From Squalus acanthias (Eukaryota), in contig CM059450.1 in assembly GCA_030390025.1 (NCBI GenBank), positions 14,508,001 to 14,572,000 of the forward strand: a DNA stretch of 64,000 nt, read 5' to 3'. Of this stretch, positions 38,298 to 51,454 are shown piece by piece. Both the position numbers and the translations under genes were made by a program. Numbering within the stretch: the stretch's first letter is position 1; each line of letters opens with the position of its first letter. Below the pieces are notes generated by a model. The model was not told where the DNA came from, made no database searches, and saw nothing but the letters and a program-made list of their open reading frames with translations.

Positions 38298-41103
38298 TAA
38301 TGTTTGACTTAGCACTAACCTTCTATAAGTTATATCCAGTCAATGAATAATCTTTCAATGAATGCATACTTTGACATTTATCATTGGCACAACCACTACT
38401 TATTCTCTACATTCTCTTATCTAGTTTGGACAGGAGAGGAGGTTTCAGTTTTATAAATCATCAAAATAAATATGGTCTGTTGTAGAAATAAAATATTTTG
38501 AATTCTTAAAAATGGTTCACTTCACATTCAGAATCTCTGTGCCGGTTCTGCAGCTGTTAAGAATTTGGACCCACCCCAATGCCTGCAGGATAACTAGTGC
38601 ACTAAAGTCCCCAAGTTGCAAAAAGGTTCCCTCAGCCAGAAGCTGAAAGCTCTGCAATAACGTAACAGATCAATATCGCTAGTGAAACCTTACAGCAATC
38701 CAACAAATACAAGATAGAAACCATTTAAAAACCACAAGCAAAACAACTTGTGCAACCGGCCCTTTCATCACATTCTCCCCTTTCTCCTCAGGTGAATGGA
38801 ACCTAAAAGGCAACATGTGGAACTGGGAGATATGAACTGAACAGCAAGCCTCAGCTTGGAGTGTAAAAACAGGAGGGGAACTCGTAAAACAGCCAACCGT
38901 TAAGTTATGTACATCACTGTCTTATAAAACGTATACGTATACATCAAACAATACTTCCTGGCGAAATAAGCAAATCACCATGGGCATCCACGCATGCTGA
39001 GAACAGTGAAGAGAAGCACCTTACAAGCTGCAATACAATTTCAGGATCCTGACAGACTTTACATAGTCACTGGAATCTCTCAGAACTATTAGTTTTACAA
39101 TGAACTCGCAGCCAACAGTGATTCACGCTATAAGGATGCCACCAGTCTACCATGGTACTGAAACACTAGTGGGAAAACTAGTTCCCTGCAGCAGCCTCAA
39201 AAGTATACCAGCGGGGGGGGGGGGGGGGGAGAAAGTCTGAAAAAATTCCACTGAATCTTTGCTTGTGCATCACTGCAAATTAACCGCTTCCAGATATTGA
39301 TCTTAAGAGATCCGATGGACATTAGCCAAATCAACATCTTTTATTGAGCTATTTTGTTTACATATACAATGTTCCATGTGCACCAGCACCAAATGGGAAA
39401 ATTAATTTATGGCTTTGTACATTTTCAGCATCGACAAAACCCCTTCCTCTCTTCTAACCATGGAAGAAAGAGGGCAGAGGGAGGAAGGCAAGTTTATAGC
39501 AATCTTGCATTAAACGGTGACACATATCAGTGGATGAAAAGACTATATAGAAATCTGAGTTTTGTCCAATTTTATTTCCTTGCATAGTTGGATAGTGCAA
39601 GTTTAAACTCTAGGTCAGGAGTAACATGCCCATGTGCTCGGAGAAAACCATGGCTTTGCTTTAGGCCTTTATTCCTCTCCCGGCCGAGAGCTGGAACATG
39701 TCTGCAGCTTCTTTTACTGGAACAATCACTTTGTTTTTGTTCAAATATAGATTACTGGGTCGGCTCAAGCAGCTCCTATGTGAAGGCATCAACTTACACC
39801 AACATTTCATTTTTTGACTCTTTTAATATACAGGATAAAATAACTGTACACAAAATGGGGCAACAGCTAGTAACAGTCTGAACTCAATTTATACAAAAGG
39901 AGGAGTGGTCAGCTGTAACAATCCTGTAATAACTTCACGTATATAATGACTCCCTTAAAATCAAAACGTCTCGAAAGCACAATGGATTACTGTTTGAAGT
40001 GCATGTTTACTTCCAGTATCCAGCTGAGGAGAGACTACATTGCTGCAAGCTGCCACGTCATCGGTGGTGCAAGCGTAACCATTTTAGATGTGGCAAGGTA
40101 TGCGGCAAATGATCACACCTGGGGACTCGGGAACAGCCCTCTGTGGAGCTGTGGTGCAGTTGAGGAGGTTGCACATCCACTGAGTGACTGCTCGTTCACG
40201 CTGGTCTACCAGGAGGACTTTCCAGACTCCGCAGTGTTGACCCCAAGGCTACTGAATGGCTAACGCATGCATGGGGGCTACTTTGGCCCTTGACATTATT
40301 GACTTATAGTTTATCTCCCTATTTTATAGTTTGTATTTTGAATTTTGCCCCCACTGTTTAGTGTAGCACTTGCGCATTCACAAATAAATAATATTTCTAC
40401 TATATTGGAATCTGCAAAGACCCACTAGGTTTCTAAAAAAGGTAAAAATGGGCTTTAAAAAGAGTTTATAAAGTTACATCTCCGAAGCAAAACTTCCAAT
40501 TGAAAATTGCTGTCTTTTCCATTTTTGTTATTTCCAAGCCATGTTGTTGTGCCTTACTTTCATTCCTGTCTCCTGCTCTATAATTTACAGTACCCAGAAA
40601 TATTTAACATTCCTCAGAAAGTACATGCATGCCAAATCGCAGCGAGAGAACCCACAAGGTATATTTTGAGCTGCAGTGAGGGTTATTCTTGTACTGGGAG
40701 TGTTTGAGTTCCTGCCAAGGATTGAAACTACTGAGATAGTATCTGTACGAGTGAGAGTAAAGCAGGTAATTTGAGTTAATTTGTAAGCATACAGAGAAGA
40801 TGATTACAAGACGAGAAGTTTATATTTGAGTTGACAGAGTATGGATGCATACAAGTGTAGATGCTTGAAGCAACACTGTTTGAATCGTATAGATTTGCAG
40901 GATCTAACTTCGATATCCTAATACCTTTAAAGAAATGGATAAAATAATAGAGGTGAGGGGTAATTTCTGGAGATTTAAAGTTCACCCTCACTGCATCCAG
41001 AAGGGTACTGAGCCACTACTGGTATACTACAGGGTCACGATGATAAGGCCCAAGCACATTATATTTCCTAAGCAATTAAGCAATAGTCCCATTTGGTACC
41101 TAC

Positions 41104-41184
41104 CTCTTGTGCTTTCTTCAAGGCAGAATCATTGCGAGCTTGATTTGCTGATCCTAGCCTCTTCTCTATCTGCATTAGTTTTGC
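41104..41184 (-). CDS. ATF7IP: ATF7IP exon (AKLMQIEKRLGSANQARNDSALKKAQE), end of coiled coil
   Basis: Continues ...LQ|AK like ATF7IP AKIARLTKRF. Acceptor ttttctgcAG, donor GAG|GTAGGT; 81 nt, phase 0/0. Confidence 0.85.
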
Positions 41185-41429
41185 CTGCAGAAAACAAAAA
41201 AGAGCACAGTAAAAAATTTTAATTTTTTTATAAACAAAATCATAGAACAAACTCACCCCAGTGGTCCCATGCACCCAGGCCAAGTGTCCAAGTATTATTC
41301 TGGGTGTAACGTGGTTATTGATTGGGTTGTGTTAAAAGTAAAAACTGTAAATGTTGGAAAATTTGAAACCAAACAGAAGATGCACAGGACACTTGGCATC
41401 TGAAAGAAAGGTAAAAGCTTCAAGCGTAA

Positions 41430-41610
41430 CCAACATCACCAAAACAGGTTCTTTGGTCATTTATCTCATTGCTGTTTGTGGAACCTTACTGTGTGCAAAT
41501 TGGTTGCCTTATTTCCCTATATTAGGGAACACTACACTTCAAAAGTAACTAATTGGGACGTCCCGAGGACGTGAACGACCCTAAATGAATGCAAGTTTGT
41601 TCTTTCTTTC
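41430..41610 (+). mobile_element. Deu-SINE 3' fragment
   Basis: caacatcaccaaaacag...gctgtttgtggaaccttactgtgtgcaaattgg...aatgcaagtttgttctttctttc, reverse complement of the 8066-8260 type sequence. Confidence 0.6.
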
Positions 41611-43408
41611 CATCTGTACCCTCAATGTCTGCTGCATTTTCTGATTAATCGTATAATGATATAGACACAAGCACACATCCTTCGGGATGCTGCATCTCAC
41701 TCACTGGCTCATCGAGTTACAGGTCACAGCGGGTAGCAGAAGAGTCATTAAATCTCAACTTACTGCCCCGACAGGACAACTGCTTATACTCATTGCCTGA
41801 ACAAACAATAGGCAATTGGCAGCATTCAGAGGCATACTGTACACTGACTAGGTGGCAGATTTGCTGGTGAGATGTTCGACACCACTTTCATTGACATTAA
41901 ATGGACATTATGCTACACCCCCATCAAATCATCCAAGAGTCATATTGATTAGCACTCGCGTGTCTTTATGGCGTTATAGAAATTGAAATAATTTTCAATC
42001 TAGGATTTCAAATACTAGACCTGGCGTGGCATTATTCGTGGCAAGTCAGATGATGGATTGTTCTACGAGGAGAGAATATCACTAATGAAATTTTCAGTGA
42101 ATTGTGTTTTGTAAAAATATGCCTTTATTACCATCACAAGGTAAGTAAGGAAATAAAAATAATGTTTCCCTTATATTAGAATCCTTTATATCTGTTGTGA
42201 GCCTAAGAGGAAAGTCAGTTGGAAATAATTCAAAACAATATTGAGTGATCTGATTGGTTTGTTTTATTATATTGCAAGATGTTGCTAACTGCCAGTTTTG
42301 AAGGATTTTTTTTTTAATATAAAGTGAATGATTGATGCTTTTCATTCTTGCTTACTGATAAGTATGTTGGGACTTGATGTTTTATGAATATGAAATTTGA
42401 ACCAGTCTGGTGCACGGGTACCAGATGTTTGTATATTATCCTAACACCCAAAGAGCAGCAGACAAGTGATGAGGTTAAGATAGCTCCTGTTAAGATTTTC
42501 TGTAATGTTCAAAATGGCCAACTGTCTGGCTGGTGTTTCCGTCTGGTGATTTTATGCATGGCCTGGGAGACAGTTGCTGAGCATGTCTGATTCTGGGGCC
42601 GTCACAACAGAGCAAGCAAATGTCAATGCTGAAGTTCCACATCAGTATTTTATGGTGGATATTTTCAGGTCATTGTATTTTAAATTGTGTGCATTTCAGG
42701 ATTTTTTTAACATTTCATTTTACGATCATTTAAAATGAGCAAGTTCTGGGGGGCAAGTTCTGCTCACAGGAAAAAGTGCTGCACAACGGCTGCAAGAGAA
42801 AACAGCAAGCCTCAAATCGCAACATAGGCATCTGCCAAACAACTTGAAAGCAGAGAAATTTAGCACAGGTCGATTTGCTCTCGCTTCCTCCCTGCAGCCA
42901 AATGTAGCTGCAAAAACCACATCCTTCAAGAGTGATAGGTTGTGAGCTTTAAATCTGCCGCATTTTTGTTCCTTCAAAAACTTAAGTTAATGAACACATG
43001 GCCACAATTCAGCAGTTACAATATTTCAGCTGACAGGACAATGGCACTCCATCTTATTTCAACGTGCAATTACGTTTTGAGTCAGCAAGTCAACTATTAT
43101 TGTGTATTTAAACTGGGAAATTGGACTGTGGAAAAAACTCCACTGGTCAATGCTAACAATCTGTTTAACTGGAATCTAGGACCCAATACTTTAAAGTTGT
43201 TCCTTAAGCTCAAAAGGCACAACACAAGATAATAGTGAACATTTGAGGCAAACATACGTTCTTTGACGAATGCCACAATAACCATTTCAACAAGATTACC
43301 ATGCCATGATTGTTCATTCACAACGGCATAAGGAGTGGGGAGTGACAGTGCTGTTCCAAAGTATTTCTACCCTCTGCATTGAAGAAAGCTGTAGATTCTG
43401 GTACTTGC

Positions 43409-43546
43409 CTGTAAGCCACTGATTAAAGATTCATGCCTCGTGTTGCATTCAATTTTTTCTACTCTGTTTTTCAGCTCTGCCAGCTTCTTGTCGAAAACAC
43501 CACTCTGCATGGAGCTGATGCGCTCTTCAATGATCTGCTGAACGAT
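43409..43546 (-). CDS. ATF7IP: ATF7IP exon, SETDB1-binding coiled coil (IVQQIIEERISSMQSGVFDKKLAELKNRVEKIECNTRHESLISGLQ)
   Basis: Strong similarity to the ATF7IP conserved domain 1 (VFDKTLAELKTRVEKIECNKRH). 138 nt, phase 0/0; acceptor tttttgtgcAG; non-canonical donor CAG|GCAAGT. Confidence 0.93.
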
Positions 43547-44769
43547 CTGCACAAAAAAAACTAGAGTTACTTACCAAGAACTAGATTATCCCCTTTCCAC
43601 CATTAATCAATCAGTTTCAAATTAGCTAGATTTATTTCCTTCTCTTACCTTCCAGCTCTTGCTCTTGCTCTCCCCCCAAGTGAAAGGTAGTAGGTACATA
43701 CTGTTTTCCCAAAAATATGCATCATATAATATACGAAGCGGAGAAGTGGTTGGTGACGCCATTGAACATGCAGTCTTGGGGCAGGAGAATAAATGCACTG
43801 CGTGGACTGTCAAGATTTAGATGTTTGGTAAAACCCTGCAAGTTAATCCATGTAGCTACCATGCAGGTAGCGTACAGAGAAACCCTTTGCATACTGGCCC
43901 CAGAAGTAGGCACAGGTGTAGCAGCAGTGTTTCTATTTTGATGGTTCCTAATCAGTGAAGCCAATGGGTTTTAAACTCCTCGAGTCAGGGCTCACAATTG
44001 AAATTCTCTCCCCACCCCACCCCAACCCCAAGAAAAAAGGGCCTACTCTCCCCCACCTCAGTTTCCCCTCCACACTCCCTTCCCCCAGTTGGAATTTAAT
44101 TGAAACTAGCAGCCATTTCATGCGTCAGTGCAGCTCTGCATTTCCAAAGTATTTCTCCCCCTTTGTAGGAGAACACTATGGCTTTCTGGTATTCCCCTCC
44201 TGTTTCCCCCTCCCCTCCTACCTTCTGTTTCTCTCTCCTGAAAAGAAGTTCTAAGATTTTCAGTATTTACCAAAAAGAAAAATCAAAATTGATACTTTTA
44301 AAGTTTACTCTTGTGGGTTCTTCAAGTCAACATTACTTTTGTCAAGGCAAAAAAACTTGGTCATCACTTGCATCATCATTTGTCTCTTTCTTGCAAAGAA
44401 AACAGCCTTTGCAAGAGACAAATGATGCAAGTCCTATTGATTTTATACAAAAAGAGAGTGCGCTTTTTGGAATCAGAATTTCTGGAAAATTAAGGCCTAG
44501 AAATTCAGGCACATCCATTTTTGAGCATGCAGGGAGCAATCCCTGTGCCTGAGGCGCACCGATATTGGGGCAATAAATTACATCCTAGGGTTGCAAAACC
44601 GATAATGAACTAATCTTTTCCTCGATGTGGGAACACAATGGATAAGGTGACCATGTGACTCATAGGAAAAATAAACAGAATGAGGGGGAGATTCAATAGA
44701 TCCAGGGAACATCACTTGAGTGCAATATGACACCAAAACAGCATTCAGGAAGAACTCAACAACATTAAC

Positions 44770-45150
44770 AATCTGCATTTATATGGTGCCTTTAACGAAG
44801 AAAAACACCCCAAAGCGTAATCAGATGTGCCAACAGAGGAGATATTAGGAGGGGTGACCAAAAGCTTGGTCAATGAGGTGGGTTTTAAGGACGGTCTTAA
44901 AAAGGAGTGGGAGGGGGGTTTAGGGAAGCAACTCCAGACCATGGGGCCTAGATGGCCAACAGTATGGCTGCCAACGATGGGGTGAAGGTGGGGGGGGGAA
45001 ATGCACAAGAATGAAGAGTTATGAAGTAGTTGTAGGGCTGCAGGAGATTCCAGAGATAGGGAGGGGCAAGGCCATCAAGAGCTTCAAATACAAGGATGAG
45101 GACCGGGAGCTAATGTAGGTCAGCAAGAACAGCAATAATAGGCGAGTGGG
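44770..45150 (-). mobile_element. L2-clade LINE 3' fragment
   Basis: Antisense homolog of 6150-6550 (tgcatttatatggtgcctttaacg; gtgaccaaaagcttggtcaatgaggtgggttttaagg). Confidence 0.65.
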
Positions 45151-45369
45151 ACTTGATACGGAATGGTTACAGGCCTGCTCTTTATATCTCACTGAGGCAA
45201 TGTCATTATGTCCAGAACCTATGGTCATATTTCTTGAACAGTAGATATAACCAAACTACTTGTGGAAGAAACCACACCCCTTGGGCCCACGCTCTCTGAA
45301 GGGTACCCTACCCACGCAGAAAGACAGCTTGTGTGTGCATCAATGATTTGGTTATAGGCCGAGAGGGAG

Positions 45370-46250
45370 TGATGTCCAAATTTGCAGACAATACTAAAAT
45401 AGGAAGCATAGTAAACAATTCTGAGGACCAAAGGAAGGTGCAAGGAGATACTGATTAAGATGGTGGAATGGGCAAATAAGTGGCAGATGGAATTCAGTAT
45501 CAGTGTGAAATGGTACAAAATAAAATAATTACACTTTGAATGGGAGAAAAGCTGGGTGTTGAGGAAGAGCAGAAGACATTGGGGGTTCACGTTCACAAGA
45601 CATTAAAAACAGCACCGTAAGTGCATAAGGCACTAAAGAAAGCTAATGGAATACTGGGTTTCATGGAAGAGGTACAGGTTAAAGTCACGATGTAATGGTG
45701 AATCCATATCAAACTTTAGTAAGCCCACAACTTGAATACGGTGTGCAGTTTTGGGCTCTACACTATAGGAAGGATGCTGAAGCAGTGCAGATTTACCAGG
45801 ATGCTGCCTGGTATGAGGAAATAAAACTACAAAACAACGACTTGAAAAACTGGGGCTGTTTTCATTACAACAAAGGTGGTTACAGGATGATTTGCTAATT
45901 AAAATTATGAAGGGATCAAACAGTCATTATACATAGACTGTTTCCAGTGATTTAGGGATCTAGAACAAGGCAACATATGTATGAGATTAAATGCAAGGGA
46001 AACTTTTTTTTTTACACAGAGGATTGTGAGGCTATGGAATGCACTACTAGAGTTATTGACTGAAGCAGAGACCATGTCAACATTCAAGAGTAGGTTAGAT
46101 AGATGGTTAAAGGAAAGGGAATAAAGGGATATAGGAACAGAGTGGGCACATGGGATTAGGATTGCGACTCCTGTGCAGGATAAACACCAACACAGACTGG
46201 TTGGGGTGAATAGCCAGTTTCCGTGCTGTAATTTCTATGTAATTCCATGT
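45370..46250 (+). mobile_element. CR1-clade LINE 3' fragment
   Basis: YQTLVSPQLEYGVQFWALHYRKD; ttttttttacacagaggattgtgaggctatggaatgcactac; ends in (ttctatgtaa)-like tail. Confidence 0.75.
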
Positions 46251-46866
46251 AAAGTGTTTCTGTGGTCCTCAAATCCTGGTTAAACAAGACACCCGTTAGG
46301 CTCACAGGTGCCAATTATCTGTGGTAACTTTATCATTTCAATTGTTTCCTTTCTAGACCTGGTTCAGGGAGCACCCCAATCTCTTTGGAACTGAAAATAG
46401 TAGATACTGGAGTCTTGCAAATCTTGAATCCAAGTGCCAACATCAATAGGTCAGCTGGGTCAAACAAGGCTTCAAACAAAAAAAAGTGAAATGCCAAAAA
46501 ATGAAAAGAAATGCATCCTTACTGGAAGGGCCACATTGGTGCACCTGCAAATACTATGCCAAAAACACAAAATATGTTAAACTTTACAGAAAACTGTAAA
46601 TGCAAACTAGCTGAAGAACTTTTTTCTCTGTGCAAAGACAATAGAGTCAATAACAGCAGAACAAATCGTTCAGAACCAGGCTTTTACATATATTGGAGGT
46701 GACCAAGCTGACTCCTGTATGAAACCAAGCTGTTAAAGTGATAATGATGTTCTCTTATTTGATAGAGCAGCCTTTGTATATAGAGGATGTAAAACTGACA
46801 CGGGGAGAAGCGTGGACCACTGTTCTCTGATGAGACAGTGCAGACTCAGCAGTCCAGGCCACATAC

Positions 46867-47012
46867 CTTCTCCAGCGTCTGGCGGATCTCCCCTCTGGCA
46901 GTGATCTTCACTTTTAAGGCAGCCTCATATTCATCTCCAGAAAACCGACACCGCTTGGATATACTGCTTTCCATGTCTTCAGACTTGGACCTTTTTCGTG
47001 GCACAACTTCAT
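46867..47012 (-). CDS. ATF7IP: ATF7IP exon (EVVPRKRSKSEDMESSISKRCRFSGDEYEAALKVKITARGEIRQTLEK), NLS-like basic stretch and start of the SETDB1-binding region
   Basis: Matches the vertebrate ATF7IP motif RKRSKSEDM...EYEAEFQVKITAKGDINQKLQK. Acceptor ctttgcAG, donor AAG|GTATGT; 146 nt, phase 1 to 0. Confidence 0.93.
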
Positions 47013-50000
47013 CTGCAAAGATGGATCAAGATTGTTCTGGTTATATTTTAAATCCTTTTTAAAATATAATAGCATCCAACCATTGGTTTTACTCCACTAA
47101 ACACACACCGGATTCATTCAGTGAACGATGATCTACATTTTGGCATTTCTCACTATCACTGATCAGATGTTTATGCTCTAGATGGTGAAGACTAAAAGTG
47201 GCAAAAGTCACAATACTTCACCTTTCTAGGTCTGCGAATGCTGTAAAACTGTGTACCAAATATACAGGATGAATGCTTCTGGTTTAAGGATTTGGCTAGA
47301 CACATCATTTCACTAATGGAAGTTACACCACCAGTTTATATTGCTGGCCAATCTGCAGGACAGTAGGCTGTGTACTTTTTTATATTTCCACATTTCCTGG
47401 TCTGATACTATGGGCAACTCGATTTATTTCTAAATTTAAATATGTACTCGATTTGCAACTGGTTATTGAAGCGTAACATTTTTCTGTTAACCAATCCAGC
47501 TTACTCATTTCCTGAACTTCTCTGAACACTGTCACTTTAGTCAATACACTTCCTTTTCTTTTGACGGGAGGGATTGTAATGGGGCACCACAAATTGCCAC
47601 GTCTTCACCATGTGCACTTCGCACACGTGGGACAATAAGTCAGGGACTTTGTACCTCAGTAATTCAGAACTCGCCATACCTGGGTCCAAATCTACACCAA
47701 GCAGATGGAAGGAAAATACTGGTTTTCCAAAGGTTAACGGTTCTTAGTGAAGTGAGCTTGGGCAGTCACAGTTCAAAGCCACATACAGATGGCACGAACC
47801 TGTCTGATTCAGCACTAAACGGACAATGTTGTTCTTAGAGGCCATAAGGAGGGCTTGGAAGAGCAAACGGTAATTTTATCCTAGTGCAGTAGGGGGCTGC
47901 TATTCAGGAGTTGGCATGAAGGCACATTATTGGGGCAGGGTATCACTAAATATTACCTAACCTGTACTATACCTGTCCTGGAAGTACTTAATGCTGTCAC
48001 TGGGTGCAAGGAAGAAAAGTGTTCCATTCAACAGCACTGCCATCTCATACCCTGATGAGCACCAAAAAGAGAAAGAAAATAGTAATGTGTCTTCAGTTTC
48101 ACCACCATCCTATCCCTACAGGTCCTATAAAAACATGGCTAACGAAAGTAAGCACGTTTGTAACATTATCATCGAAATTTATGACACAGGAGGCCACCAT
48201 TTGGTCCATCGTGTCAGTGTCTGGGCTCGACAAAGATTTCATAGGACCACTACAGATAACTGATTTTTTTTGGGCAACAATGATTCACTGACCCTGGTTA
48301 ACACCCAATTACAATGTATAAAATTAGATAACTACTAATCAAATCAAGAAAAATCAGTGAAGTCACAAAGCTTCCCCCCCCCGCCCCCCCCAACATTTCA
48401 TTTTTGATTCTGAAAATAGGGATACATATTTATTTATAAGACACACATTAGTTTAAAAACATACAATGCATCTCAAGAACAGATGGCATCACAAAATTTC
48501 AGAAAGTTTGAAAGAAAGATAGAAGGACAGATAGACAGAACTTGCATTTATTTAACAACTTACGTCTCAGAAATGTCCCAAAGTGTATTTACCTGAATTT
48601 CCTTGGAGTGCAGTCAATGCTGTTGTGTAGGTAAGTGTAGGAATATTATGCAAGAAGCCTAAAAACTCAATTTTTCTGCCAACTACAGGAGCTTAGAACC
48701 AACAGAATCACTCCTCTTACTTTCTTCCACCCCCTCCCCCCAAAAACGCATATTTACCCTTAAATTGTCAACACGTTTAAGGAAACTCTGTCTCCCTGGG
48801 CCGAATTCATGTTTTCAGCTACCATTTTGGGTTTTCTCTGGTTGAGAATCAGCTTTAAAGGTCGGGTTTTCAGGAAACAAAAACCTCTAGATCATGAAGA
48901 TTAACGTATACCACCAACCTTTCATATAAAAATCACATTAAAGTCAGGCAGTGCTTGCCACCCAGTAAATGAGTCAAATCCCCTCAAAGCCCCAACAGCA
49001 CCTGAATGAGTAAATATGTTCATGGCACTTGCAGGATTAATAGCACACAAGTGCAAAACTACCCACAAAAGTGACAATTACATCTACTAACTCCACAAAT
49101 AGACAACTGTTGGCTGTAAGTAGAAGCACCTTTTAAACTTGACATTCAATAAATACTAACACCTCTTCTCCCACCTGCTGCATGCTTATTCCTGAAAATT
49201 AACGCACAAGTGTCCTTAACACTGGACGTCTCCAGCGGGCAGTGTCTGATGGTCCTTCAACCCATGGAGAAGGAGACAACAAACAAAATTTCAGCAGGAG
49301 GACTGAGCAACCCAGGTTCTGATTAGGAGAATGTGGAATGGGCACATTTGAATTGTTTCTTCATCTCCCTCTGCCTATCTTTGACTAAGAAATACAACAC
49401 TATCCTTTTGTTTTTTTGCTCGAATACTAGTTAGCTGTACTGTAAATTTTGTAGATTTATATTTCTCATCTAGAATACACAAGGAAATGAGTGTTAACTT
49501 GCAGTGGTTTGTGAAGTCACTGGCACCCAAAGATTGAATTACTCCAACGGGTTATTTCAAATATATACAGTACTAATGAAGATTATTTACACTTCAGTAA
49601 GTTTACTCATCAGAGTTCCAGTCTCTGAACTAGTACATACCACAAATTTCCAAAGTAATAAGATTTGAGAATATATTTTCTCCTTTTAAAGATTTAAAAT
49701 ACACAAGCTATTTGATTTTTATGGGGAATTATTTTGAAGTATTTTTGATTAGAGTTTGTGAGCCAAAGACACCTTTTTTCTAAAGAAACCGCAACTGCAA
49801 AGAACTATGGTAAACATACTTTTTTGTTCCATTTGATTGGATTTTGAAATATTTTAATTGATACATTACTAGGGTACTGACTCAGAAAGGATATGGAACT
49901 CACAGTGCAGGACCCCTGATTGAGCGTCGGCTGTACGGTGCACACAATCACCCGTGAATTTATGACCAACTCTTTGAATGTTCATTCAATTTGCTGTTAC

Positions 50001-50672
50001 AATTGGGGTCAGTACTCCTTAAAGCCACTATCCCGATGAGGTCATTAGCACTATTTAAAAGTAACAAATTTAAAACCAGATATAGCCTTTGTCTTAATTA
50101 TTTCTAACTTTTTAAAAAGGGTTCTGGTGGTAATTTGTTTGGAGATGTACTGATGGAGTATTGCTCATATATAAAGGCTGTTTGCAGTCAACTGTGGCAT
50201 TCAATTTGTGGACTGCAAAAGGGCTCGATTTGTATTGTTACTCAATGAGCAGGTTACACAGAATTGTCCTTCACAGTTGGCTGCGTGTATCAGTTGAGAT
50301 TTAGTTGTCGCCGCATTAATGTTCATTCTTAAGATTATCTTATTTGTTTCATAAGCACAATTATAGGTAGTAGTGCAAAAGGAATGTTACTTTGGTTAGA
50401 CTAGTACCAGAAAATGCCCACCAATTTACTCAGAAACAATGCTAGCAGTGTGTACTCCGAAAATCGACCCCCATGTGTTGTTAAATGTCTGCAATTGCTC
50501 ATAAAACTGCATCATGTCCAAACCATTACCTTCCTCAAACTATGGCAAACCCTTTACAGTAAATGGAAACTGTTTTGGACTATTAAATGTGTGCTAAATC
50601 ACTCTAAGACCACTGAACCTCACCCAAGCCTTTAAATCCAGCAAATCAAAATCACAAACATGTCAGAGTGTA

Positions 50673-50800
50673 CATAAGAACATAAGAGCAGGAGTAGGCC
50701 ATTCGAGCCTGCTCCGCCATTCAATAAGATCATGGCTGGTTTTCTACCTCAACTCCACTTTCCTGCATTATCCCCATATCCCTTGATTCCCTTAATATCC
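50673..50800 (-). mobile_element. CR1/HE1-type 3' tail
   Basis: cataagaacataagagcaggagtaggccattcgagcctgctccgcc. Confidence 0.65.
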
Positions 50801-51081
50801 AAAAGTGTAATTATTGCCCCTGACTACAGCACTGTATTTAAGAACATATGGGGGCTTTAATTAAAGGAATGCTATTTATACATGTTTAAAATAGACGACT
50901 GCTACAGAAGACAGCAGCCTGGACTGTTATACAAGTAAAGGAGACGGTGTGACGTGACTAGCATGGGTGTTTCAAATGGGAGGGAGAAAGATGGAAAATG
51001 GAATATAGGTAAAAATATGCAGATACTATAGTATCTTTAATCAATTTTGTGCAACATTTTCCAATGAAAACAAGTACTTAC

Positions 51082-51132
51082 TTGGTTCTTGCTTTTGTCT
51101 TGTGTCAGCTGCTTGCTCTTTGTGGTCTGAAT
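51082..51132 (-). CDS. ATF7IP: ATF7IP small coding exon (DSDHKEQAADTRQKQEP)
   Basis: 51-nt phase 1/1 exon, acceptor ttctgcttcatAG, donor A|GTAAGT. It keeps the frame between neighbours but sequence conservation is weak. Confidence 0.65.
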
Positions 51133-51454
51133 CTATGAAGCAGAATGCAAATAAAGCTATTGAGTCACCATATAATCCATCAGTGTACCATCTACTTTGA
51201 CGTAGGTGTTCTACCTCTGAAACACGATTGTTTAAGAAATCCATCTGTTCCTGTCCAGCTTAACCAATTATATCTAACTCATGTCTAATGCCAATACCTC
51301 AATATCTGCCACAGAGGAAATTTCAGACTTAATGTTAACTGCAATAAAGCCAAAGTAACAGTAAAAGGTCAGAAAACAGCTGGAATAGAAAGCAAAATAC
51401 AGGACAGATAGTATTTTCATATGGTAGTAGCAAAGGACAAATTAAATATCAATA

